Below, one piece after another: positions 35,130 to 48,020 of a DNA stretch of 64,000 nucleotides. The stretch lies in contig JBNRSN020000028.1 in assembly GCA_051313645.2 (NCBI GenBank), positions 9,982,001 to 10,046,000 on the forward strand, read 5' to 3'. The notes beneath the pieces are model-generated. The model saw only the letters and a program-made list of their open reading frames with translations. It was not told where the DNA came from and searched no databases. Made by a program: the position numbers and the translations under genes. How positions within the stretch are numbered: position 1 is the stretch's first letter; every line of letters begins with the position of its first letter. The DNA comes from Centroscyllium fabricii (Eukaryota).

Positions 35130-36033
35130 GTAGGTATTCATTAATAACTATAGACTGTTTACATGCGTATATCGGCGTGTTCTCTTCACACTTTACAAAG
35201 TATCAAATCATTTCTCTAAATGTTCACTTACTCCTGAATATCGGGACATTTATTATTTATTATTGGAGTAAGGATATGATAAGTAAATTATCATGAGTGA
35301 TGGTTCTGATAAGTGGAGTTAATTTTCTACCATTATGCACCTTATTAACCTAAAATGATAATCTGAATTGAACATGATATTGGAGTATGGATAACATAAT
35401 TCAGGATTATTGCCAGCATTATAACCTTCAACTAAAGACTTGATGCTTACAATCATCTTGAAACTAATTGCCATCTATTGATGTTAACGACAGGACAATA
35501 AAGACACTTGGCTGTAATAGAACAACCTAAACTCTCATTAATGAACCTACTGATTGACATTGGCAGGGAAAGGTGTCAGAATTTATCGGTTAGCTGTGTT
35601 GTTATCACTCCATTCTTTGAGTTAGAAAGTTGTGAGGTGGAACCCCACTCAACACCGAAAACAGGTAATGCAAGTTGATAGTCCAGCAAGGTACTGAGGA
35701 AGGGTTCCATTTTCAGAACTACTTGGGAATGTTCCACTTTTAGAAGTACTTGGGAAGTATTTGGAGAGTTCTGGTGAACTGATATATGAATGGTAGCCTT
35801 AACTCTTTAATGCACAAGAAATAAGCCATGCTTGGGCTACAAACAGAATTTTAAAAAAAAATCAATATTATTTCGCTTTACTATTTATTAATGGTATTTA
35901 AAATGGTTTGTACAGATAGTTTAACAGTAATAGGATTGAGTGATCCCAAATATTGAAATATAACCGCCAGACAGAGCAGCAATGGATTAAAGTTAGCCTG
36001 AAGGCAGTTTTTGCTAAAGGCCGCAATGCTGTG

Positions 36034-36096
36034 TGAATGCTGGAAATATCAACAAGCTTATTTTTGGAAAAGGGACACAGTTAATTGTGGAGCCAA
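36034..36096 (+). CDS. TRAJ: J46, family A: NAGNINKLIFGKGTQLIVEP
   Basis: 12-RSS, FGKG, GT donor. Confidence 0.92.
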
Positions 36097-36403
36097 GTAG
36101 GTGTTCATTAATAATTATAGACGGTCTATTTACTTACATATGAGTGTGTATTCTCTGCACTGCCCACAATGTGTCAAATCAATTCTCTCACTGTTCAATT
36201 AATCCTGAATATTGGAACATTTATGCCACTGTTTATTGGAGTAGGGATATGATAATTCAGGCAATAATGCAAAAATGGGCATTTGTATATAATATAACCT
36301 GGAATATTGATAAAACTTAAATATAACAAACAGTTGATTTTGTAGATAGTCAATATGCCTGGCATCGGGTTAAATGGTTTATGCACTGGGATGTAATGCA
36401 GTG

Positions 36404-36460
36404 TGAGTAATCTCAATAAACTAACATTCGGATCTGGGACCGAACTAATGGTACGGCCTA
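36404..36460 (+). CDS. TRAJ: J47, family B (native): SNLNKLTFGSGTELMVRP
   Basis: ggtttatgc-12-tgcagtg; FGSG; GT donor. Confidence 0.87.
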
Positions 36461-37171
36461 GTAAGTGAAGTTTGATTCTATATTTTTATTGCGATGATTA
36501 CAGTCAATACAATGTTTTGTTAATAAGCATCATCAGTTCGTTACAATAAAAGGTAACCATCAGCAAAGACTGAACAGGCTGGGGATTAGTTCTCTGGGAA
36601 AGAGAGCTGATCCCCAGCTGAAGGGTGATCAATAGAGGTCTTCAAAATGATGAAGTGGTTAGACTTACCGAAGATCTTTCCACTTGTTGGACAGACCAGA
36701 ACTAGGGATCCTCTGTGTGATATAGTCATTAATACATTTAATAAAGTATTCCGGAGAAAGTTTAGTTACCCAGAGAGTGCTTAGAATGTGGAACTCGTTA
36801 CTCTATGGAGTAGCTGATGGGAACAGCATAGATGCATTTAAGAGAAGCACATGAGGGAGGAAGGATTAGGAGGATCTGCAGAGAGGTTTTGATAAAATAG
36901 GGAGAGAGGAGGATTGTGTGGAGCATAAACCCGGGCACGGACCAGTTGGACCGAATGGGTCTGTTTCTTTGCTGCCAAGACGACGCAATTCTTTGTTAAT
37001 GTTATTTGCTATGGACGATTTTAACTGTTTGCACATCATAAATTCAAAGGGACATGTAAACATTCCACAACTTAACTCAATAAACGGATGATTCTTTAAG
37101 AAATAACAAGTGGTACAATAGCTGGGAATGTCTGGCTGGGGAGGGTTTTAGTATTAGTATATCTGGCTGTG

Positions 37172-37231
37172 TGAATCCTGGTATTGATAAGCTGATCTTC
37201 GGATCTGGGACCAGGCTCAATGTTATACCAA
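37172..37231 (+). CDS. TRAJ: J48, family C: NPGIDKLIFGSGTRLNVIP
   Basis: C-type 12-RSS, FGSG, GT donor. Confidence 0.92.
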
Positions 37232-37757
37232 GTAAGTGAGATGTTTAAGGATATGTGTTTTATGTGTCAGAGCATAAAAGAGAAGCAGGTCAACAAATTA
37301 ATTAAAATGTGGATCAAAGAGAGAAAAGTGACAGAAATCACAAGTTTGCTCTGTTGTTGTCAATCCATCCTTGGAGTTAGAAGGTAGGGAGCTGGATCCA
37401 CACTCTGTACCAAATATATGTGATGCAAGGTGATAGTCCAGTGCAGTACTGAGGGAGGGTTCCACTCTCAGAACTATTTGGAAAGCCTTCGGAGATTTCT
37501 GGTGATCTGATATATAAATGGTAGCCTCAATGTATTAATGAAAAAAGTAAGTTATGCTTGCGTTAATAATTTTATTATTTATTGTTTATCAGACAGGCCT
37601 AAACATTATCAATGGGCATTTTACAAACGATTTCGACAGGCAGTATCACAATTATGGGATTGTGTGAAACCCAGTAATCAAATATAACCGCCAGACAGAG
37701 CATCAATGTACTAAAATTAGCCTGAAGTGAGTTTTTGTTAAAGGGGGCAATGCTGTG

Positions 37758-37820
37758 TGAATGCTGGAGCTGGCAGCAAGCTTACCTTTGGAAAAGGGAC
37801 AAAGTTAACTGTTGAGCCAA
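37758..37820 (+). CDS. TRAJ: J49, family A: NAGAGSKLTFGKGTKLTVEP
   Basis: 12-RSS, FGKG, GT donor. Confidence 0.92.
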
Positions 37821-38230
37821 GTAGGTATTCATTAATAACTACAGATTGTCTATTTACTTGCATACACGTGTGTGTTCTCTGAACTGCTGACAATTTATCA
37901 AATCATTTCTCAAAATGTTCAATGACTCCTGAATATTGGAGTGTTTTTTTTGGAGTATGGATATGATAATTCAGGGGATAATGCAAAGAGCAGGCATTTG
38001 TTAATAAATTAACCTGGAATATTGATAATGCATATCTATAACGTACAGTATATTTTGGAGATCGTCAATCTGCTTGACATCACTAAAAGTTTTCTGTACT
38101 GGCGGGTACTGCATTGTGCATAATCTCAATTATGAGGGCAAATCAAATATTCAAATAAAACGACCAGAAAGAGCAGAAAGGCACTAAAGTTAATCTGAAG
38201 GGAGTTTTTGCCAAAGGGCACAATGCTGTG

Positions 38231-38290
38231 TGAATGATGGAGGTTTCAAACTAACATTTGGATCTGGGACCAAACTAATGGTTCACCCAA
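38231..38290 (+). CDS. TRAJ: J50, family B (chimeric): NDGGFKLTFGSGTKLMVHP
   Basis: A-type 12-RSS, FGSG, GT donor. Confidence 0.9.
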
Positions 38291-38989
38291 GTAAGAGAAG
38301 TTCAATTCTGTATTTTCTATTGGGATGATCACAGTCAAAGCATTTGTTTGTTAATAAGAATTGTCAGTTGGTTATAATTAAAGGTAACTATCAGCCAAAA
38401 CTGAACAGGCTGGGGATCAGTTCTCTGGGAAACAGAAGGCTGAAGGGTACTTTGTAGAGGTCTTCAGCATTATGAGGGGTTAGACTCATAGAAGATCTTT
38501 CCACTTGTTGGGGAGACCAAAACTAGAGCTCATCTCTATGATATGGTTACTAATAAATCCAATAACGAAATCAGGAGAAAACTATTTACTCAGAGAGTGC
38601 TTCGAATGTGAAACTCGCCACTATATGAAGTAGTTGATGAGGCTGGCATAGATGCATTTAAGATAAGCCCATTGGGAGAAAGGATTAGAAGGATTTGGAG
38701 AGAGGGTCTGATAAAGTAAGGAGGGAGGAGGCCTGGGTGGAGAATAAACCCGGGCACAGACCAGTTGGGCCGAATGGATTGTTTCTGTGCAGCCAATTCT
38801 TTGTAATTCTATGTAAATGTTATTTGCTATGGAAGATATTAACTGTTTGCACATCAGACATTGAAAGGGAAATGTAATCATTCCAAAACTTAAATCAAAA
38901 AATGGATGATTATTTAAGGAATAACAAATGATGTAATGTCTGGGAATGTCTGGCTGGGGAAGGTTTTAGTATTAGCATATTAGGCTGTG

Positions 38990-39049
38990 TGAATGTTGCT
39001 GGGACTAAGCTGCTCTTTGGATCTGGGACCAGGCTCAATGTTACACCAA
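38990..39049 (+). CDS. TRAJ: J51, family C: NVAGTKLLFGSGTRLNVTP
   Basis: C-type 12-RSS, FGSG, GT donor. Confidence 0.92.
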
Positions 39050-39567
39050 GTAAGTGAGATGTTTAAGGAAGTGTGCTTTATGTGTTAGAGCACAAAACTG
39101 GAGCAGGTCAACACATTACTTAAAATCTGGATCAAATAGAGAAAAATGTCAGAAATCACAACTTTTCTCTGTTGCTGTCAGCCCACCCTTCGAGTTAGAA
39201 AGTAGTGAGATGGATCCTGTTAAACTCTCTACCGAAAACATGTAATGCAAGGTAATAGTCCAGCGCAATGCTGAGGGAGGGTTCCACTTTCACAACTACT
39301 TGGGAAGCATTCGGAGAGTTCTGGTGATCTGATATTTAAATAGTAGCCTTAGCTTATTAATGAAAAAGGTAATTTATGCTTGAGTGATAAACAGAAAACA
39401 TTGTTTTAATCGGATATAACTAATGAGCATCTGAAAACGGTTTCTACAGAAATTATTACAAATGTAGAATTGGGTGCTACCAAGTATTCGAATATAACAG
39501 CCAGAAGGAGTAGCAATGTACTAAAGTTAGTCTGAAGGGGATTCTTGCTGAAGGGCTCAATGCTGTG

Positions 39568-39630
39568 TGACTGCTGGAGGGTTCATTCAGCTTATCTTTG
39601 GAAAAGGGACACAGTCAATTGTTGAGCCAA
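39568..39630 (+). CDS. TRAJ: J52, divergent family A: TAGGFIQLIFGKGTQSIVEP
   Basis: Heptamer intact, nonamer degenerate (gattcttgc); FGKG; GT donor; possibly poorly used. Confidence 0.8.
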
Positions 39631-39854
39631 GTAGGTATTCATTAATAACTATAGATACCTATTTACTTACATATATGAGTGGGTTCTCTGTACTGCCTAC
39701 AATATATCAAATCATTTCTCTTAATGTGCAACTATTCCTGAATATTGGAACATTTATGCCGCGTATTATTGCAGTATGGATATGATAATCAGGTATGATG
39801 AGTGATGGTTCTGATCAGTGCAGATAACTTTCCTACATTAAGTGCCGTATTAAT

Positions 39855-40254
39855 GGGCGGCACGGTGGCACAATGGTTAGCATTGTTGTCTCACAGCACT
39901 GGAGACCCGGGTTCAAATCCAGCCTCGCGTACTATCTGTGTGGAGTTTACACATTCTCCCCGTGTCTGCGTGGGTTTCCTCCGGGTGCTCCGATTTCCTC
40001 CCACAGTCCAAAGATGTGCGCGTTAGGTAGATTGGCCAGGATAAATTGACCCTTAGTGTTAGGGGGATTGAATATGTGGGGTTACGGGGATAGGGTGGGA
40101 TATGTGTTGATGCAGGCTTGATAGGGATATAGGGAGAGGGCATTGGCGGGGTGCTGGGTTTGGATGATCAGCCATGATCTCATTGAATGGCGGAGCAGGC
40201 TCGAAGGGCCGAATGGCCTACTCCTGCTCCTAGTTTCTATGTTTCTATATTTCT
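39855..40254 (+). mobile_element. HE1-like SINE, full length
   Basis: A/B boxes, core and tail; absent at the paralogous site near 12930. Confidence 0.88.
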
Positions 40255-40851
40255 AACCTAAAATGATTGTCTGAGTTGAACATGATATTGGAGTATGGAT
40301 ATCATAATTCAGGATTATTGCCAGCATTATAATCTTTAATTGAACACTGCAATGCCTACAATCATTTTCAAACGAATTACCAGCTATTGACGTTAACTGC
40401 CGATCAATAAAGACACATGGCTGTAATAGAACAACCTAAGCTGTTATTAGTGAACGGGCAGACTGAAAGTAGGAGAGAAGTGTCAGAAATCCGATGTTTT
40501 CCCAGTTGTTATAAGCCCAACCTGTGCGTTAGAAAGTTTTGAGATGGATCCCCGCACCATACATAAAACATGCAATAACCTTTATAGTCCATCGAGGTAC
40601 AGAGGAAGTGTTCCACTTTGAGAAGTACTTGGGAAGCACACAGCTGCTCAAGAAATAAGCCATGCTTGGCTAATTAACAGAATATTTTCTTTAAACTGTC
40701 ATATATGCGTAATAATTAAAATGGTGTGCACAGATGGTATCACAATAATGGGATTGAGTGATCCCAAGTATTCAAATGTCGCTGCCAGACAGAGCAGTAA
40801 TCTACTAAAGTTAGTCTGAAGGGAGTTTTTGCTAAAGGGGGAAGTGCTGTG

Positions 40852-40914
40852 TGAACCTTGGAGCTAATACCAAGCTTACCTTTGGAAAAGGGACAAAGTT
40901 AACTGTGGAGCCAA
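40852..40914 (+). CDS. TRAJ: J53, family A: NLGANTKLTFGKGTKLTVEP (same peptide as J16)
   Basis: 12-RSS, FGKG, GT donor. Confidence 0.92.
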
Positions 40915-41492
40915 GTAGGTAATCATTAATAACTACAGACTGTCTATGTACTTACATATCCGAGTGTGTTCGCTGTACTGCCCACAATGAGTCAAATCAT
41001 TTTTCTATATGATCAATTAATCCTGAATATTGGAACAGTTATGTCGGCTCTTACTGGAATATGGATATGATAATTCAGTTATTTTGTGATGGCTATAGCA
41101 AGTGCAGCTAATTGTCTGCAATTATGCACGTCATTAACTTAAAATGATGATCTGAAATGAGGATGATTACCTGCATCCATTTTCCTTTGGGAAAATGCCA
41201 AATAATGTTGTGTATTAAACAACAACAACAACTGAGTTCTGATGAACTGATATATGAAGGGTAGCCCTACATTTTAATGAGCAATTAATAAGTTATTCCT
41301 GGTTTATAAACAGGCTAAAAACAGCCATGTGTGTTTAATAATTCTCAGTGGTCATTTAAAACGATTTGTACAGAGAGTTTTCACGATAATGGGATTGAGT
41401 GATCCCAACTGTTCAAACATAACCGCCGGACAGAGCAACAATGTACTAAAGTGAGTCTGAGAGGAGTTTTTGTTAAAGGGAGCAATACTGTG

Positions 41493-41552
41493 TGAATGAT
41501 GGAACTTACAAGCTTATCTTTGGAAAAGGGACAAAGTTAACTGTTGAGCCAA
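41493..41552 (+). CDS. TRAJ: J54, family A: NDGTYKLIFGKGTKLTVEP
   Basis: 12-RSS (tactgtg), FGKG, GT donor. Confidence 0.92.
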
Positions 41553-41834
41553 GTAGGTATTCATTAATAACTATAGACTGTTTATGTACTTACATATATG
41601 TGTGTGTTCTCTGCACAGCCCACAATGTATCAAATCATATCTAAATGAATCCTGAATATTGTACATTTATATAGTAATTCGGGCATCCTGAGTGATGTGG
41701 GAATAATGTAAGATGAGGCACTTGTTATAATTTAACCTGGAATATTGATCATGTTCAAACATAATTGATTTCGTAGATAGTCAATATGCTTGGCATCAGG
41801 TGACAGGGTTTATGCAGTGGCATGTAATGCTGTG

Positions 41835-41891
41835 TAAATACTTTCAATAAACTAACATTTGGTTCTGGGACAAAACTAATGGTGCAACCAA
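41835..41891 (+). CDS. TRAJ: J55, family B (native): NTFNKLTFGSGTKLMVQP
   Basis: ggtttatgc-12-tgctgtg; FGSG; GT donor. Confidence 0.9.
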
Positions 41892-41981
41892 GTAAGTGAA
41901 GTTTAATTCTGCATCTTTTATTAAGATGACCATTGTCCAACCATTGCTTTGTTAATACGTATCATCAGTTCATTCGAATTC

Positions 41982-42166
41982 GGGTTACGGGGATAGGGTG
42001 GGATATGTGTCAGTGCAGGCTGGATAGGGATCGAGGGATATGGGGAGAGGGCAGGGGCAGGGTACTGGGTTTGGATGATCAGCCATTATCTCATTGAATG
42101 GCGGAGCAGGCTCGAAGGGCCGAATGGCCTACTCCTGCTCCTATCTTCTATGTTTCTATGTTTCTA
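41982..42166 (+). mobile_element. HE1-like SINE, 3' fragment
   Basis: 3' part plus tail. Confidence 0.85.
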
Positions 42167-42284
42167 AAGGTAAATAATAACTATCAGGAAAGACTGAATA
42201 GGCTAGGGATCATTTATCTAGACAAGATAAGACAGAGTGGTGACCATATGAAGGTCATTAACAGTATGAAGGGACTTCATAGGG

Positions 42285-42522
42285 TAGAAACATAGAAGAT
42301 AGAAGCAGGAGTAGGCCATTGGGCCCTTCAAGCCTGCTCCGCCATTCAATGAGATCATGGCTGATCATCCAAACCCAGCACCCTGCCTCTGCCCATAGAT
42401 CCCTATCGACCCTGCACCGACACATATCCCACCCTATCCCCGTAACCCCACATATTCAATCCCCCTAACACTAAGGGTCAATTTATCCTGGCCAATCAAC
42501 CTAACCCGCACCTCTTTGGACT
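42285..42522 (-). mobile_element. HE1-like SINE, 5'-truncated
   Basis: Reverse complement of the 3' half. Confidence 0.85.
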
Positions 42523-43031
42523 TAGACATAGATAAGGTCTTTCCACTTGTTGGGGAGACCAAAGATAGGGCTCAGCGATATGGGATAGGCATTAAATAAT
42601 CCAATAATGGATTCAGGAGACATTTATTTACCCGGAGAGTGCCTAGAATATGGAACTCGCTTCTACATGGAGTAGTGGATGGGAATAGCATAGATGCACT
42701 TAAGATAAGCCCATTGGAAGAAAGGATTCGAAGGATCTGCAGAGAGCGTTTAATAAAGTAGGGAGGGAGGAGGCTAGTGTGGAGCATATACCCGGGCACG
42801 GACCAGTTGGGCCGAATGGGTTGTTTCTGTGCTGCGAATTCTATGTAATTCTATGTTAAAGTTATTTGGTATGGAAGATATTAACAGTTTGTACATCATA
42901 AATTCAAAGAAAAATGTAAGCATTCCAAAAGTTACCTCATAAAACGGTTGATTCTTTAAGAAATAACAAGTGATGTAATGTCTGGGAATGTCTGGCTGGG
43001 GAATGTTTTAGTATCAGTATATCAGGCTGTG

Positions 43032-43088
43032 TGAATCTTGGTGATAAGCTGATCTTTGGATCTGGGACCAGGCTCAATGTTATCCCAA
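43032..43088 (+). CDS. TRAJ: J56, family C (last C): NLGDKLIFGSGTRLNVIP
   Basis: tgttttagt-12-ggctgtg; FGSG; GT donor. Confidence 0.9.
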
Positions 43089-43602
43089 GTAAGTGAGATT
43101 TTAAGGATGTCTGTTTTATGTGTTAACGCACAAAAGAGAAGCAGGTCAACAAATTCATTGAAATGTGGATCAAATGAAAAAAGTGTCAGAAAACATTACT
43201 TTGCTCTCTTGCTGTCAGCTCATCCTTGAGTTAGAAAGTTGTGAGATGGATCCTCAGTCTCTACCGAAAACATGTAATGCAAGGTCCAGCGCAATACTGA
43301 GGGAGGGTTACACTTTCAGAACTACTTGGGAATCAATCGGAGAGTTGTGCTGAACTGGTGTATAAATGATAGCCTTAGCATATTAATGAAAAAAGTAAGT
43401 TCTACTTGAGTGATGAAAAGAATAGTTTTAAAAATCAGATATACCTAATAAATAGCAATGGACATTTGAAAACGGTTTCTACAGATAGTATCACAATTAT
43501 GGCATTGGGTGATTCCAAGTATTTAAATATAACCGCCAGACAGAGCATCAATGTACTAAAGTTAGTCTGAATGGAGTTATTGCTAAAGGACTCAATGCTG
43601 TG

Positions 43603-43665
43603 TGAATGTTGGAGGTAATACCAAGCCGATCTTTGGAAAAGGGACAACGTTAATTATGGAGCCAA
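43603..43665 (+). CDS. TRAJ: J57, divergent family A: NVGGNTKPIFGKGTTLIMEP
   Basis: Nonamer agttattgc, heptamer intact, FGKG, GT donor. Confidence 0.85.
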
Positions 43666-43750
43666 GTAGGTATTCATAAATATCTAGAGAAGGTCTATTT
43701 ACTTAGATATGCGCATGTGTTCTCTGCACTGCTGACAATGTATCAAATTT

Positions 43751-44150
43751 GGGTGGCACGGTGGCACAGTGGTTAGCACTGTTGCCTCACAGCACTGGAG
43801 ACCCGGGTTCAAATCCAGCCTCGGATACTATCTGTGTGGAGTTTGCACATTCTCCCCGTGTCTGCGTGGGTTTCCTCCGGGTGCTCCGGTTTCCTCCCAC
43901 AGTCCAAAGATGTGCGGGTTAGGTTGATTGGCCAGGATAAATTGACCCTTAGTGTTAGGGGGATTGATATGTGGGGTTACGGGGATAGGGTGGGATATGT
44001 GTCGATGCAGGCTCGATAGGGATATGGGGAGAAGGCAGGGACAGGGTGCTGGGTTTGGATGATCAGCCATGATCTCATTGAATGGCGGAGCAGGCTCGAA
44101 GGGCCGAATGGCCTACTCCTGCTCCTATATTCTATGTTTCTATGTTTCTA
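43751..44150 (+). mobile_element. HE1-like SINE, full length
   Basis: A/B boxes, core, tail. Confidence 0.88.
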
Positions 44151-45009
44151 AATCATGTTTCTATAAATTCAATTAATCCTGAATATTAGAATATGTATTC
44201 CGCTTATTATTGGAGTATGTATTTCATAATTGAGGTATTCTGAGTGATGGTTCAGAACAGTCCAGCTGATTGTCTACCATTATGCATCTTCTTAACCTAA
44301 AACGATAATCTAAATTAACCATGATCACCTCCATCCATTTTCCTTCGGGAAAACGCCAAAAAAAGGTTGTGCATTAAGCAACAGCAACTTGTATTATCAA
44401 GCAAAATTTCACACCGAGGCACATAAAGAAATATTTGAATGGCTGATCAGGAGCACGAAGGTCTTAAGGAGATTCTTAAAGGAGGAGAGAGAAATAAAGA
44501 GGTGGATAGGTTTAGAGAGGGAATGCCAGTTCTTGGTGCCAAGTAGGTGGAAGAACCGACTGATATTTGATGAGAAAACTGTCAGAAATAGTAATAAGTT
44601 GGCTCAATTGCTTGGCAGCCCATTCTGTGCGTTGTAAAGTAGTGAGATGGATCCCCATTCCATAGGTGAAATATATAATCCAAGATGATATTCCAGGGAA
44701 GCACAGAGGGAGCGTTCCAACTTCAGAGGTACTTGAAAATGTATTGGAGGTTTCTGATGAACTAATATATAAATGGTAGCCCAACATGTTTTAACGCAAA
44801 AAGTAATATGTCGTGCTTAGGCAAAGAACAGGCTACAAATAGTCATGTATGCATTATGATTATCAATGGTCATTTAAAATGGTTTCTACAACTAGTACCA
44901 TAATAATGGCATTGGGCCATCCCAAGAATTCAATAATAACCACCAGACAGTGCAGCAATATACAAACGTTGGGCTTTAGGGAGTTTTTGTTAAAGGGCGC
45001 ACTGCTGTG

Positions 45010-45072
45010 TGAATGCTGGAGGTATCGATAAGCTTACCTTTGGAAAAGGGACAAAGTTAACTGTGGTGCCAA
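45010..45072 (+). CDS. TRAJ: J58, family A: NAGGIDKLTFGKGTKLTVVP
   Basis: 12-RSS, FGKG, GT donor. Confidence 0.92.
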
Positions 45073-45993
45073 GTAGGTATTCATTAATAACTATAGACTG
45101 TCTATTTACTTATATACACGAGTGTGTTCTCTGCACTGCCCACAATGTACCAAATCATTTCTCGATATGTTAATTAACTGCTGAATATTGAAACATTAAT
45201 CCCGTTTCTTATTGGCGTGAACATATGAAAATTCAGTTATCCAGTGATGGTTATGGGAAGTGCAGTTAATTGTCTGCCAGTGTGCCACCTATTAACCGAA
45301 AATTATTATTTGAATTGAACATGATTACCTGCAGCCATTTTCCTTTGGGAGAATGGCAACTAATGTTGTGTATTAAACAGAAACAACAACTTGTATTATT
45401 AAACACAATTTCACACCGAGCCACATAAAGAAATATTAGAATGGCTGATCGAAACCCTGATCCAGCACATATGTTTTAAGGAGATTATTAAAGGAGGAGA
45501 GATAAATAAAGAGGTGGCGAGCTTTAGGGAGAGAATGATGGACCTTGATGCCAAGGTAGCTGGAATAACCGACTGAGGTTTGGAGCGAAAAGTGTCAGAA
45601 ATCATAACTTGGCTCAATTGCTGTCAGTTCACCATTTGCGTTAGAATGCATCCACACTCGAGAGAAATATATAATCATAGATGGTAATCCAGGGAAGTAC
45701 AGAACACTTTCAGATGTACTTGGCAAGCATTCCGAGAGTGCTGACGAACTGATGTATAAATGGTAGCCCAATATTTTTAATTAACAATTCATAAGTTATT
45801 CCTGGGCTTTTAAGAGGCTTAAAATGTCATCTGTGCCTAATAATTCTCAATGGTCATTTAAAATGATTTGTACAGATAGTTCCAAACTAATGGGATAGAC
45901 TGATCCCAAGTATTCAAATGTAACTGCCAGACAGAGCAGCAACGTACTAAAGTTAGTCTGATGGGAGTTTTTGTTAAAGGGTTCAATGCTGTG

Positions 45994-46053
45994 TGATCTA
46001 TGGGGCTAACGAGCTCATCTTTGGAAAAGGGACAACGTTAACTGTGGAGCCAA
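45994..46053 (+). CDS. TRAJ: J59, family A: IYGANELIFGKGTTLTVEP
   Basis: 12-RSS, FGKG, GT donor. Confidence 0.9.
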
Positions 46054-46992
46054 GTAGGTATTCATTAATAACTACAGACTGTCTATTTACTGACATATAT
46101 GTGCGTTTTCTCTACACTGCCTGCATTGTATCAAATCATTTCTCTGTATGTCCAATTATTCCACAATATTGGAACATTTAGGTCGCTCCTTATTGGGGTA
46201 TGGATATGATCATTCAGATGTTATGAGTGATGGTTCTGATCAGTGCAGTTAATTGTCTGCCATTATGCACCATATTAATCTAAAATTATGATATGAATTG
46301 AACACGCTCACCTAGATCCATTTTCCTTTGAGAAAATGACAAATAATGCTGTGTATTAAACAACAACAATTACTTGTTTTATCGAACAAAAGTTCACACC
46401 GAGCCACATAATTAAATATTAGAATGGCTGATCAAATGCTTGTTCCAGCACGCAGGTCTCAAGGATACTACTTAAAGGAGGAGAGAGAAATAAACAGGTG
46501 GAGAGGTTTAGGGAGAGAATGCCAGCCATGGGTGCTTCGGTAGCTGAACCAACCGACTGTAGTTTGGAGAGAAAAGTGTCAGAAGTCATAACTTGGCTCA
46601 ATTGCTGCCAAGCCCATTCTGTGCGTTGGAAAATTGTGAGGTGGATTCCCACTCTAGGGATGAAACATATAATCCCAGATGATAATCCGGGGAAGAACTG
46701 AGGGATTGTTCCACTTTCAGAGGTTGTTGGAAACCTATTGGAGGTTTCTGATGAACTGACACATAGCCCAACATTTTTAATGAAAAAAAAAAGTCATGCT
46801 TAGGTTAGAAACAGGCTATAAAGAGTAATGATTGCATAATAATTATCAATGGTCATTTAAAATTGTTTGTACAGATAGTTTCACAATAATGGAATTGAGT
46901 GATACAAAGTATTCAAATATAACCGGCAGACAGAGCAGCAATGTACTAACGTTAGTCTGAAGGGAGTTTTTGTTAAAGGGAGCAATACTGTG

Positions 46993-47052
46993 TGAATGAT
47001 GGAACGAACAAGCTTATCTTTGGAAAAGGGACACAGTTAACTGTTGAGCCAA
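46993..47052 (+). CDS. TRAJ: J60, family A: NDGTNKLIFGKGTQLTVEP
   Basis: 12-RSS (tactgtg), FGKG, GT donor. Confidence 0.92.
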
Positions 47053-47960
47053 GTAGGTATTCATTAATAACTATAGACTGTCTCTTTACTTACATATATG
47101 TGTGTGTTCTCCGCAGTGCTGATCATATAGTAAATAATGTATCTACTTGATCAGTTAATCCTGGCTATTGGAACATGCATGTCGCTTCCTATTGGATTAT
47201 AGTTATGATCATTCAGGTATTATGATTGAAGGTTTTGACCAGGGCAGTTAATTCTCTGCTATTGCGCCCCTTGTTAAACTAAAATGATGATCTGAATGTA
47301 ATTCGATTACCTGCATCAATTTCCATTTGGGAAAACGCCAAATAATGTTGTGTAGTAAACAACAACTTGCATTATCAAACACAATTAGACGCCGCTCCAC
47401 ATAAATAAATATTAGAATGGCTGTTCGAGCGCAAAGGTTGTATGGAGAATATTAAATGAGGAGAGGTCAATAACGAGGGGGGGAATGACAGCCCTTGGTA
47501 CCTCGGAAGCTGAACCAACCGATTGAGGTTTGGAGGGTAAAGTGTCAGAAATCATAGCTTAGCTCAATTGCTGTCAGCTCAACAATTGCGTTGGTAAGTT
47601 GTGAGATGTATCCACACTGTGGAGAAATATATAATCCAAGCTGATAATGCAGGGAAGTACTGAGGGAGCGTTCCACTTTGAGAGGTTCTTGAAAATCTAT
47701 TGGAGATTTCTGATGAACTGATATGTGAATGGTAGCCCAACATTTTTAATTGAACAAAGAAATAAGCCATGCTTAGGCTACAAACAGGATACAAAATAGC
47801 CATGTGTGCACAATAATTATCAATGGCCATTTAAAATGGTTTCTACAAATAGTTCCATAATAATGGGATTGAGTGATATCAAGTATTCAGATATAACCGC
47901 CAGACAGAGTGTACAAAAGTTAGTCTGTAGGGAGTTTTTGTTAAAGGGTGCAATGCTGTG

Positions 47961-48020
47961 TGAATGCTGGGACTCAGAGGCTTACCTTTGGAAAAGGGAC
48001 AACGTTAACTGTTGAGCCAA
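47961..48020 (+). CDS. TRAJ: J61, family A: NAGTQRLTFGKGTTLTVEP
   Basis: 12-RSS, FGKG, GT donor. Confidence 0.92.
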
